This document shows, one piece after another, positions 52,027 through 60,142 of a DNA stretch of 64,000 bases. The notes beneath the pieces are model-generated. The model saw only the letters and a list, made by a program, of their open reading frames with translations. It ran no database searches and was not told the origin of the DNA. The stretch lies in the NCBI GenBank assembly GCA_964354345.1, contig CAYGZL010000151.1, positions 25,869 to 89,868 of the forward strand. The letters run 5' to 3'. The DNA comes from an uncultured Anaerolineaceae bacterium (GTDB lineage Bacteria > Chloroflexota > Anaerolineae > Anaerolineales > UBA4823). A program made the position numbers and the translations under genes. Position 1 is the stretch's first letter, and the number at the start of each line of letters is the position of its first letter.

Positions 52027-54549
52027 TTACTTATTTGCGACGCGAAAAATAGTCACGCCGGCCTGATCGTATAATTGATCGAAATAAACACTGGTACGTA
52101 ATTCCTGAGCCGAAAAAGCACCGCTGTGAGCGCCCAGGTAAATGTAATGAATGTTATGGTTTATCAACCAGGTGTGTAAGGATTCGGGTTCATGATTGTA
52201 GCTGGCGGCTTGACGGCAAATATCCGCAATCCTGTCCATTTCGGATACCGCAAAATCCAGTCCATAGAGTAATGGCGGCGGCATCGTTTTCCTACCGGTG
52301 AGTGGGGTGATCCAATAACCTCCGTCGCTGCCCGCAAATAATCGAAATCCCCAGGGAATAGCATTAATAAGCACTGTTTCATCCAGTGGGACATTCTGTT
52401 CCAACCAGTCCAGTGCGATCAGGTCGGCCTGGCGCGTCAGGATGGTGACGGGATTGAGAATTGGCAGCAGGTTTTTTGAAGCATGGATGGATGCGATTAT
52501 CAGGCCAATCAAGATCACTCCCTGATACAGCCTGCGCCAGGGCAGTGGGAATACGGCATTCCAACCCTGGATCAACCAGCTGAAAAGATATCCACAGGCA
52601 AGGGCAATAGGTAGGAAAAGCGTTATTTCGACTGACGTATTATTTATAAAGCTGGCTCCAGGGAGCTGCCAGGCTCCAAGATTGGCAATTCCGAACAGGA
52701 TGCCTACCCACAAGGTTAAAATTATGGGAAACCATTGGCGTTGGATTAGCCCCCAAATCAATCCGATACCCGCCAGCCAGGTGGCATATTTACCTAACGC
52801 TGTTGTCAGATACGCCCAATTAAAATCAGCGAAGAGCTTTACAGGGATACTCTGTAAAGCCAGGTTCGGAATCAGGAGTGTAGTGATCATCCCTGGCCAC
52901 CAGGGTAGAGTCAACAAGATGGTTGAGACACCAACCAGAATGATCAGAAATAAACCACTCCTGGTTTTTTGCCGGAAATCATGATTGCGAATAATCTGGT
53001 AAATCACGAATGGCGTACAGGCCAGACATAAGCCGCCCAGGAAAACGATAACACGATAATGTGTCAAGAAAAGTCCGGTGCAAGCCAGGGAAAGTAAAAA
53101 GAGTTCCAGAAGGCTATTATGTACAGAACTACGATTCTTAAGTAATTGCACGGTCACCGTCAGGCTTTTCTCTGAGTGCCTGTTAATAAACTCTTTGCCC
53201 AGAACCAGGATGGTAGGAAGGATCAGGATACCAGCCAATTGGGTATAACGTCCCCAACTGGTGTAATAGGCTGGCATGGGTGTAAAGAGGCCTGCGACCA
53301 GTGCGGCTAATACACCAGCCAGTTTATTATTTGTGAAGGTGACGGTGAACAGATAAACAGCCAGAATGCTACAGGCATTCAAAACCTGTCCCAGGATCAA
53401 CATGGCCTGGGGCAGATCCAAACCCGAAAGCCATTGGAATACAGCAACCAGGCTGTGGAAACCGGCATGGTAACTGGCAGTTTGTACATCGAGATAAGGG
53501 GCATAACTGTTCGGGAAAGCGCCTTGTTCAGTGATCAGACGGATTAAAGTTGCGTGATGAACCGAGTCAACCCAGGCAGGTGTAGCCAGGTCTCGGATCA
53601 TCGCCAGACGAACAGCAAGAGAGATGACGAACACCACGCCAATTGCCAGGTACAGTGTCCTTGAGCCCGGCTGATGCTCGCTGGTGGAATTTGGTGGCTG
53701 AGATATCCCTGGACGCCGTCGCCGTATTGCAGAGCTGAGGATTTGGACTATACAAATGATACCTGACAGACAGGCAACCGCAATTACAATCGGCCGGCTC
53801 CAATGCAATCCAAGTGTTGAGGTCCAGAGCATGATTGTGGGGATAATTGCCAAGCTCAAACCTAACGATACGCAGATTCGTTCAACCGGATCGAGGCGAT
53901 GGCGCAGCCGGGTTTGCTGGATCAGCAACCAACCGGGTAGCCAGAGGATTGCCAGGAGAGGGAGAATTAACCAGGCCGAACGAACAACGGATATCCCATC
54001 GGATGCCATCGCCGGCAGGTCGTAGTCGTAGGTTAGCCGAAAACTCAAGTCGGATGGTTGCGGATTACCTTGCAGGTACAGTTGCCCGGCGGAATAAGCA
54101 TCCTCGAGGCGTCCGAATACCAGGAAGGATCCGGAGGTGCTGGTCATCTCTAGGTAATAAGATTGACCTGGCGGGTCAGCGATGGGGGGAAAAGTGATTG
54201 TCAGTGGATTGGTATGCGTCAGGCTGGAGAGTTTGTACCGATAATTCACCAGCGGTTTTTCGTCACCGGGTTGATGGTACAAAGATACCTGGAAGAACTG
54301 TTCTGGTTCTTTCGCTAGATTGATGTTTAGCCAGAGTTGCACACCATTCAAGCGTGGTCGCCGAGAAACGAGGGTTTGCCCTACTCGCTCTCCAGCTTGC
54401 GGGCTAGCGACGATGTCAGCACGAAACTCCTGGGCCGCTTCCGGATCATTAAGAGTGACGCACCCACTCAATGCGAGACCCAGTACCAGGAGCAGGCTTA
54501 TTTTAGCCAGCGCGGAGATAAGCCTGGATAAAGCCATCGATAGCGCCAT
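52027..54549 (-). CDS. Large polytopic membrane lipoprotein, possibly a GT-C-fold glycosyltransferase
   Basis: 840 aa. Signal plus lipobox LGLALSGC, a ~170-aa extracytoplasmic domain, 12 or more TM helices and a ~150-aa C-terminal domain. The family assignment is a guess from topology only. Confidence 0.45.
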   Translation of the reverse strand: MALSMALSRLISALAKISLLLVLGLALSGCVTLNDPEAAQEFRADIVASPQAGERVGQTLVSRRPRLNGVQLWLNINLAKEPEQFFQVSLYHQPGDEKPLVNYRYKLSSLTHTNPLTITFPPIADPPGQSYYLEMTSTSGSFLVFGRLEDAYSAGQLYLQGNPQPSDLSFRLTYDYDLPAMASDGISVVRSAWLILPLLAILWLPGWLLIQQTRLRHRLDPVERICVSLGLSLAIIPTIMLWTSTLGLHWSRPIVIAVACLSGIICIVQILSSAIRRRRPGISQPPNSTSEHQPGSRTLYLAIGVVFVISLAVRLAMIRDLATPAWVDSVHHATLIRLITEQGAFPNSYAPYLDVQTASYHAGFHSLVAVFQWLSGLDLPQAMLILGQVLNACSILAVYLFTVTFTNNKLAGVLAALVAGLFTPMPAYYTSWGRYTQLAGILILPTILVLGKEFINRHSEKSLTVTVQLLKNRSSVHNSLLELFLLSLACTGLFLTHYRVIVFLGGLCLACTPFVIYQIIRNHDFRQKTRSGLFLIILVGVSTILLTLPWWPGMITTLLIPNLALQSIPVKLFADFNWAYLTTALGKYATWLAGIGLIWGLIQRQWFPIILTLWVGILFGIANLGAWQLPGASFINNTSVEITLFLPIALACGYLFSWLIQGWNAVFPLPWRRLYQGVILIGLIIASIHASKNLLPILNPVTILTRQADLIALDWLEQNVPLDETVLINAIPWGFRLFAGSDGGYWITPLTGRKTMPPPLLYGLDFAVSEMDRIADICRQAASYNHEPESLHTWLINHNIHYIYLGAHSGAFSAQELRTSVYFDQLYDQAGVTIFRVANK

Positions 54550-55580
54550 TTAAGACAGATTGGGCGTTACCAATCTCGAAATTGGTGCGGTGATCTTTTA
54601 CCATTTGGTAAGGATGGAGAACATAAGAGCGGATTTGGCTGCCCCATTCTGTTTTGGTGTATTCGCCGCGTAGTTCAGCTAACTGCTTTTCCTGTTCGGT
54701 ACGCTTGATCTCAAGCAGCCGGGCGCGTAACACCCGCATGGCGTTCTCTCGATTTTGCGTTTGAGAACGCTCGTTTTGGCAAGTAACAACCATCCCCGTT
54801 GGCAGATGGGTAATACGCACAGCTGTGGAGTTCTTTTGAACATTTTGACCACCAGCCCCAGAGGATCGGTAAACGTCAATTTGTACATCTTCTGGTCGAA
54901 TCTCCACCTGGTCGTCACGTTCTACCTGGGGCAGCACTTCGACCTGGGCGAATGAGGTATGCCGGCGATGAGCTGCGTCGAACGGCGATAGGCGTACCAG
55001 ACGGTGAACACCCTTCTCAGAACGGAGATAACCATATGCATTAGGTCCGTTAACCGCAATGGTGACGCTTTTAATGCCGGCTTCCTCGCCTTCGCTGAAA
55101 TCAAGTATTTCAGTGGTATACCCGTTCGCTTCCGACCAGCGTAAATACATTCGCTCGAGCATCTGCACCCAATCCTGAGAATCAGTTCCCCCCGCGCCAC
55201 TATGGATGGCAAGCAAAGCATTTCCTTGATCGTAAGGCCCAGACAAAAGAGTGGCTAACTCCCGTTGATCCACCTGCCTTTCGATCTTTGATATTTCTGC
55301 TTCCAATTCTACCCGCAAGCGATCGTCTTCAAGTTGGCATAGCTCTAAGGTATCCTTGATCTGCTGCTGCAAGGATTTCCAGCTCTCAATTTCTTCTCGC
55401 CGCGCAGCCAGGTTCCTCATCACCTTTTGGGCGCGTTCGGGATCCTCCCACAGGTGCGGCTCTTCAGATTGAGTTTGGAGTTGAAGTAGGTCTCTTTCCT
55501 TGGCTGGTAAGTCAAAGACGCACCAGTAAATGTTGTAATTTTTGTTGGCTGCCGGTCAGGCGATCAATCAGGTCTTGCAT
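54503..55580 (-). CDS. prfB: Peptide chain release factor 2, requiring a programmed +1 frameshift: join(55580..55515, 55513..54503)
   Basis: The ORF track lists only 54503..55423. Frame 0 reads ATG(55580) MQDLIDRLTGSQQKLQHLLVRL, then TGA. The +1 frame continues DLPAKERDLLQLQTQSEEPHLWEDPERAQKVMRNLAA..., and carries SPF (RLSPFDA) and GGQ (SGAGGQNVQK). Confidence 0.9.
55511..55517 (-). promoter_or_regulatory. prfB +1 frameshift site CTT TGA C
   Basis: The minus strand reads CTGGTGCGT CTT TGA C. This is identical in form to the E. coli CUU UGA C slippery/stop context, with a GGUG SD-like element 3 nt upstream. Confidence 0.85.
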
Positions 55581-55617
55581 AAGTTTATCTTCTCTTGAAT
55601 TCAGCTCGATGCGCTAC

Positions 55618-56532
55618 CTAGCGCATCTCTGCCAGGATTCCATCAATAAAGCCCTCTGGATCGAATGGCTGTAAGTCTTCAAGTTTTTCACCCAACCCGG
55701 CGAATAAAATCGGCAATCCCAATTCACGTTGAATAGCAAACGCCATACCGCCGCGAGCGGATGAATCTAGTTTGGCCAGGATGACACCGGTGACGTTGAC
55801 GGCCTCTTTGAAAGCCCGTGCCTGTTGTAAAGCGTTCTGACCTGTCGTTGCATCCATCACGAGCCAGATGGCATGTGGCGCGCCGGGCATTGCCTTACCG
55901 ACCACGCGGTAAACTTTTTTCAATTCTTCCATTAGGTTAAAGCGGGTGTGCAAACGACCCGCCGTGTCAATTATGACGATATCGGCCTTGCGCGCAATAC
56001 CAGCCTGGACCGCATCATAAGCGACGGCGCCAGCATCGCCACCCATTTGCCCCGAGATCACCGGTAAACCCACGCGTTGTGCCCATACCTCGAGTTGATC
56101 TACTGCTGCGGCGCGAAATGTATCCGCCGCGCCCAGGATTACACTTTTTCCCTGACGGGTGTACAGGCTACCCAACTTGGCTATGGTTGTCGTTTTCCCG
56201 GAGCCGTTGACTCCAACAATCAAGATGATCGTTGGCTGAACATTAAAAACGATTTTCTGCGGTTCTGTTAGTTGGCCGCGTAGTTCTTCGCGCAACACCT
56301 GCTTGAGTTGGCTGGTGCGCGTTAACCCCTCGCGATCAACACGCGTTTCGAGTGCGTCGAGAATCAAGTCAGTTGTATCCATTCCCAGGTCAGCCTGGAC
56401 GAGCAGCGCCTCTAAATCGTCCCAGGTATCGGGAGTAATTTGGGTGCTGCCTAACAAAGTAGCAATCTGCCCAAAAGCAGCTTTGCTGGACTTTGCCAGA
56501 CCTTCTCTCCATTTGGTGAACAAATTACTCAT
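55618..56532 (-). CDS. ftsY: Signal recognition particle receptor FtsY (NG domain only)
   Basis: 304 aa. Contains GVNGSGKTTTIAKL, DTAGR and ILAKLDSSARGG. Confidence 0.9.
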   Translation of the reverse strand: MSNLFTKWREGLAKSSKAAFGQIATLLGSTQITPDTWDDLEALLVQADLGMDTTDLILDALETRVDREGLTRTSQLKQVLREELRGQLTEPQKIVFNVQPTIILIVGVNGSGKTTTIAKLGSLYTRQGKSVILGAADTFRAAAVDQLEVWAQRVGLPVISGQMGGDAGAVAYDAVQAGIARKADIVIIDTAGRLHTRFNLMEELKKVYRVVGKAMPGAPHAIWLVMDATTGQNALQQARAFKEAVNVTGVILAKLDSSARGGMAFAIQRELGLPILFAGLGEKLEDLQPFDPEGFIDGILAEMR

Positions 56533-56570
56533 GGGGCGATATTATAACAGGTTCTCTTAACAGACACCCA

Positions 56571-56579
56571 TGCTATAAT
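56571..56579 (+). promoter_or_regulatory. Putative extended -10 element (TGcTATAAT) upstream of moaD
   Basis: Lies in the 65-nt divergent ftsY/moaD spacer, about 19 nt before the moaD ATG. No good -35 or SD was seen. Confidence 0.3.
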
Positions 56580-56597
56580 CTGTGTGTGTGAATCATA

Positions 56598-56843
56598 ATG
56601 GCAGTTAAAGTGTTACTTTTCGCTACTTTAAAGGAACTGGTTGGAACAAATGCGTTCGAATTGGACTTGCCAGATGGTATATCTGTTGTGCAGTTGAAAG
56701 CGCAGATTGCTCAGCGTTATCCCCAACTGTCATCCAATCTGAAAAGCATCCTGGTAACGGTTAATCAAGCAGTTGCTTTCGATGAAGATAGCATCCCGGC
56801 GGGTGCGGAAGTCGCATTATTTCCGCCAGTAAGTGGCGGTTAA
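56598..56843 (+). CDS. moaD: MoaD/ThiS-family sulfur-carrier protein ending in Gly-Gly
   Basis: 81 aa. Begins VKVLLFATLKELVG and ends AGAEVALFPPVSGG-stop, the classical MoaD C-terminus. Confidence 0.8.
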   Translation: MAVKVLLFATLKELVGTNAFELDLPDGISVVQLKAQIAQRYPQLSSNLKSILVTVNQAVAFDEDSIPAGAEVALFPPVSGG

Positions 56844-57039
56844 CGAGAGTAAAATTTTATACATTATGCGGAATATTCTCCATGCGCCTGATGAAGGTTG
56901 GTCAACTACTGAAGGAATTGCCATCGTACAACGGATTGGCCGGTTGTATCTTGACACGCCAACGGTGGTTGTAGCCTGGACAGCGGCTCATCGTAACATC
57001 GGTGTTTATGAGACGGCGCGGTATGGTATTGACCGATGA
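56833..57039 (+). pseudogene. MoaE (molybdopterin synthase catalytic subunit) remnant, truncated at both ends
   Basis: 68 codons (GTG start) or 57 (ATG 56866). IAIVQRIGRLYLDTPTVVVAWTAAHRNIGVYETARYGID aligns by eye with E. coli MoaE VTVIHRIGELWPGDEIVFVGVTSAHRSSAFEAGQFIMDY (from memory). The ORF stops before the K..PFWKKE lysine region and lacks the first ~60 residues. Confidence 0.5.
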
Positions 57040-58130
57040 TGGAAATCCATTGTACCAATTGCCGGCGTCCATACCCCTCGGATGGAGTTCCATATCGTTG
57101 TTCTGCCTGCGGTGGGATTTTTGACTTTTTAAGTAATTTCCACTACGAACCAGAAAAGATTGAACCTGGTTTACCAGGAATATGGCGCTATCGCCATACA
57201 TTTGGTCTACCTACAGAAGCGCCAGTAATCAGCCTGGGAGAAGGTAGGACACCGTTGGTGTGGAAATCTATCATGGACCGTGATATCGCATTCAAGCTGG
57301 AATATGCTAATCCAAGCGGATCTTTTAAGGATCGCGGTTCTGCCGTGTTAGTAAGTTTCTTAAAAACCAGGTGTGTTCAGGCCGCAGTAGAAGATTCTTC
57401 AGGAAACGCTGGTGCTTCATTTGCTGCATATGCTGCTCATGTCGGAATCCAGGCAAGCATATATATTCCTGAGTACAGCTCAGGACCGAAGCGCGCCCAA
57501 ATAGAATCCTATGGAGCCGAGATGGTTTCGATTGCTGGCCCACGTTCTAAAGCAGCCGAGGCGGTGCGGTGCGCAGCAGATGCTGGTGCAGTATATGCCA
57601 GCCATGCTTATCTGCCACACGGATTGGCAGGCTATGCAACGATTGCTTATGAGCTTGCTGAGCAGATGGAACAACCACCTGCTACGATCATATCTCCTGT
57701 TGGGCAGGGGAATTTACTTCTGGGGATCGGGCGTGGATTTGATGCCTTACGAAATTGTGGATGGATAAAAAAGTCACCACTCCTGGTGGGTGTCCAGGCT
57801 CTCGCCTGCGCTCCTTTATGGGCTGTGCACCATTATGGCGCGGCTGGTTTGAGCTGGGCAACAGAAGGCCGTACCCTGGCAGAAGGTGTCCGAGTTAAGT
57901 ATCCACTGCGTGGTGACGCAGTACTTCACCAGGTAGAAACTACCCAAGGAACATTTGTGGCTGTCGATGAAGATCATATTTTACCCGGGCGCGACCAACT
58001 CAATCGCCTTGGGTTACCTGTTGAACCGACATCGGCTCTTGTTTGGGATGCACTTGAGCAAGTATTGAGCCAACTCCCTGAGCCAGTTGTTGTCATATTA
58101 ACCGGGGCTGGATTCAAAAGTGATAAATAA
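57036..58130 (+). CDS. Threonine-synthase-like fold-type II PLP enzyme with N-terminal zinc ribbon
   Basis: 364 aa. Contains CTNCRR...CSACG, the PLP-lysine motif NPSGSFKDRG and SSGNAGAS. Overall collinear with short ThrC proteins. Its start overlaps the previous stop (ATGATG/TGA). Confidence 0.75.
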   Translation: MMEIHCTNCRRPYPSDGVPYRCSACGGIFDFLSNFHYEPEKIEPGLPGIWRYRHTFGLPTEAPVISLGEGRTPLVWKSIMDRDIAFKLEYANPSGSFKDRGSAVLVSFLKTRCVQAAVEDSSGNAGASFAAYAAHVGIQASIYIPEYSSGPKRAQIESYGAEMVSIAGPRSKAAEAVRCAADAGAVYASHAYLPHGLAGYATIAYELAEQMEQPPATIISPVGQGNLLLGIGRGFDALRNCGWIKKSPLLVGVQALACAPLWAVHHYGAAGLSWATEGRTLAEGVRVKYPLRGDAVLHQVETTQGTFVAVDEDHILPGRDQLNRLGLPVEPTSALVWDALEQVLSQLPEPVVVILTGAGFKSDK

Positions 58131-58166
58131 TTCATTGGCGGTTTAAATACTGCGATCGGAGGAATT

Positions 58167-59402
58167 ATGCCTGAAAGAGTTGTTGTAACCGGAATGGGTG
58201 CTTTATGCGCATTGGGCTTATCGGTGCAAGAGGTTTGGAATAACCTGATCCGGGGGGTTAGTGGTGTGGGTCGAATAACCGCCTTCGATCCTTCAGAATT
58301 ATTAGTGAAGATCGCTTGTGAAGTAAAGCACTTTAATCCGGAGAATTATCTAACCCCACGTGAGTCGCATAGGCGGGATCGTTTCCAACAATTTGCTACG
58401 GCAGTGGCTCAAGAAGCGATCCAGCAAGCTGGTCTGAATACGGATCAAGCAAACCCTGATCGGGTAGGAGTGGTAATATCTTCAGGAATTGGCGGATTTA
58501 ATACGATCCAGCAAGCGGTTTACACTGCTCGCGATGAAGGACCGCGGCGAATCAACCCTTTGGTAATTCCAATGTTAATGACGAATGGTGCAGCGGGGCT
58601 GGTTGGAATTGACCATGGTTTTCGCGGTCCGGCATTCTCAGTAGGCTCAGCATGCGCCTCCGGGTCTGATGCGATTGGCATCGCCTGGAATCTGCTTCGC
58701 TCGGGGATAATTGATGCAGCTGTGGCAGGAGCCAGTGAAAGCGCGATCGCGTTTGTCGGGATTGCTGCTTTGGATAGAACAGGGGTAATGTCGCGCAGAG
58801 ATGAAAATGCCTTGACCCCTCAACCATTCGACTTGAACCGGGATGGTTTAGTGATGGGCGAAGGCGCGGCCGTGATAATTCTAGAAACAGAGACTCATGC
58901 CCGCCGGCGCGGCGCAAATATCGTGGCAGAACTGGCGGGTTATGGCGCAACGGCTGATGCTTTTCACATCACTGCTCCTTCCCAAGATGGGGCGGGTGCT
59001 GCAAAGGCGATTCGTAAAGCACTGGATTCTGCCGGAGTGAATCCAGAGGATGTAGATTATATTAATGCCCACGGCACCGGCACGCGTTTGAATGATGTGG
59101 CTGAAACCCATGCAATCAAGAAAACCTTTGGCAGTCAGGCTTATGATATCCCTGTATCCTCCACAAAGTCGATGACTGGTCATATAATGGCAGCGACCGG
59201 GGCTTTGGAAGCGGTCTTTTGTGTTCAATCAATCCTGCAGGGGATCATCCCACCAACGATCAACTACCAGACGCCTGATCCGTTGTGCGATTTAGATTAT
59301 GTGCCTAACCAGGCGCGCGTGAAACCAGTGCGGATTGTGGTAAGTAACTCTTTCGGATTTGGTGGGCACAACGCAGTCCTGGTTTTTCGAGCGTATTCAT
59401 AA
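58167..59402 (+). CDS. fabF: 3-oxoacyl-[ACP] synthase II
   Basis: 411 aa. Active-site Cys in SVGSACASGS, HGTGT, and the C-terminal SNSFGFGGHN. Confidence 0.9.
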   Translation: MPERVVVTGMGALCALGLSVQEVWNNLIRGVSGVGRITAFDPSELLVKIACEVKHFNPENYLTPRESHRRDRFQQFATAVAQEAIQQAGLNTDQANPDRVGVVISSGIGGFNTIQQAVYTARDEGPRRINPLVIPMLMTNGAAGLVGIDHGFRGPAFSVGSACASGSDAIGIAWNLLRSGIIDAAVAGASESAIAFVGIAALDRTGVMSRRDENALTPQPFDLNRDGLVMGEGAAVIILETETHARRRGANIVAELAGYGATADAFHITAPSQDGAGAAKAIRKALDSAGVNPEDVDYINAHGTGTRLNDVAETHAIKKTFGSQAYDIPVSSTKSMTGHIMAATGALEAVFCVQSILQGIIPPTINYQTPDPLCDLDYVPNQARVKPVRIVVSNSFGFGGHNAVLVFRAYS

Positions 59403-59419
59403 TATTCCGGGAAGTTTGA

Positions 59420-60142
59420 ATGGAATCGAACCAACCGAGGGATTATAGTCTTGAGTCACCCCAGGAATTTGCCCGGCGACTCAATTTACCGTTCACTGAT
59501 TATCTACTTTTACGCCGTGCATTAACCCATCGCTCCTATGTGAATGAGCACTCCGAGGCGTTGGAAGACAACGAGCGCCTTGAATTTTTAGGGGATGCCG
59601 TATTGGATTTTTTAGTCGGCGCATGGCTATATAACCATTTCCCGGAAATGCGCGAAGGTGAACTGACGCGTATGCGATCAGCCTTGGTCCGGACTGAACA
59701 ACTCGCCGTATTTGCTGTTGGGATTAATTTAGGTGCGGCAATGCGCTTGGGCCATGGAGAGGAGGCTGGGGGTGGGCGGTATCGCCAGACATTGCTGTGT
59801 GGGATGTTCGAGGCTGTGATCGGTTCGCTGTATTTGAACGCAGGCCTGGACGCAGTAAAGCAATTTATCGAACCGATGTTACAATCCGCCTCTGCCCATA
59901 TTTTAGCCAGCCATAAAACTCAGGATCCGAAAAGTTTACTCCAGGAATGGGTACAATCCCAGGGGTTCAGTCCGCCTGTTTACCGTCCAGTAACTTCTGA
60001 AGGGCCAGAACACGAGAAAACATTTGTGGTTGAAGTGATGGTGAATGGCCAAATATATGGACGAGGATCGGGTCGCAGTAAACAAGCTGCGGCAAAAATG
60101 GCAGCACGAAATGCTTTGGACATAATGAACGTTGAACATTGA
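59420..60142 (+). CDS. rnc: Ribonuclease III
   Basis: 240 aa. Signature NERLEFLGDAVL and a C-terminal dsRBD (PKSLLQEW...GSGRSKQAAAKMAARNAL). Confidence 0.9.
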   Translation: MESNQPRDYSLESPQEFARRLNLPFTDYLLLRRALTHRSYVNEHSEALEDNERLEFLGDAVLDFLVGAWLYNHFPEMREGELTRMRSALVRTEQLAVFAVGINLGAAMRLGHGEEAGGGRYRQTLLCGMFEAVIGSLYLNAGLDAVKQFIEPMLQSASAHILASHKTQDPKSLLQEWVQSQGFSPPVYRPVTSEGPEHEKTFVVEVMVNGQIYGRGSGRSKQAAAKMAARNALDIMNVEH

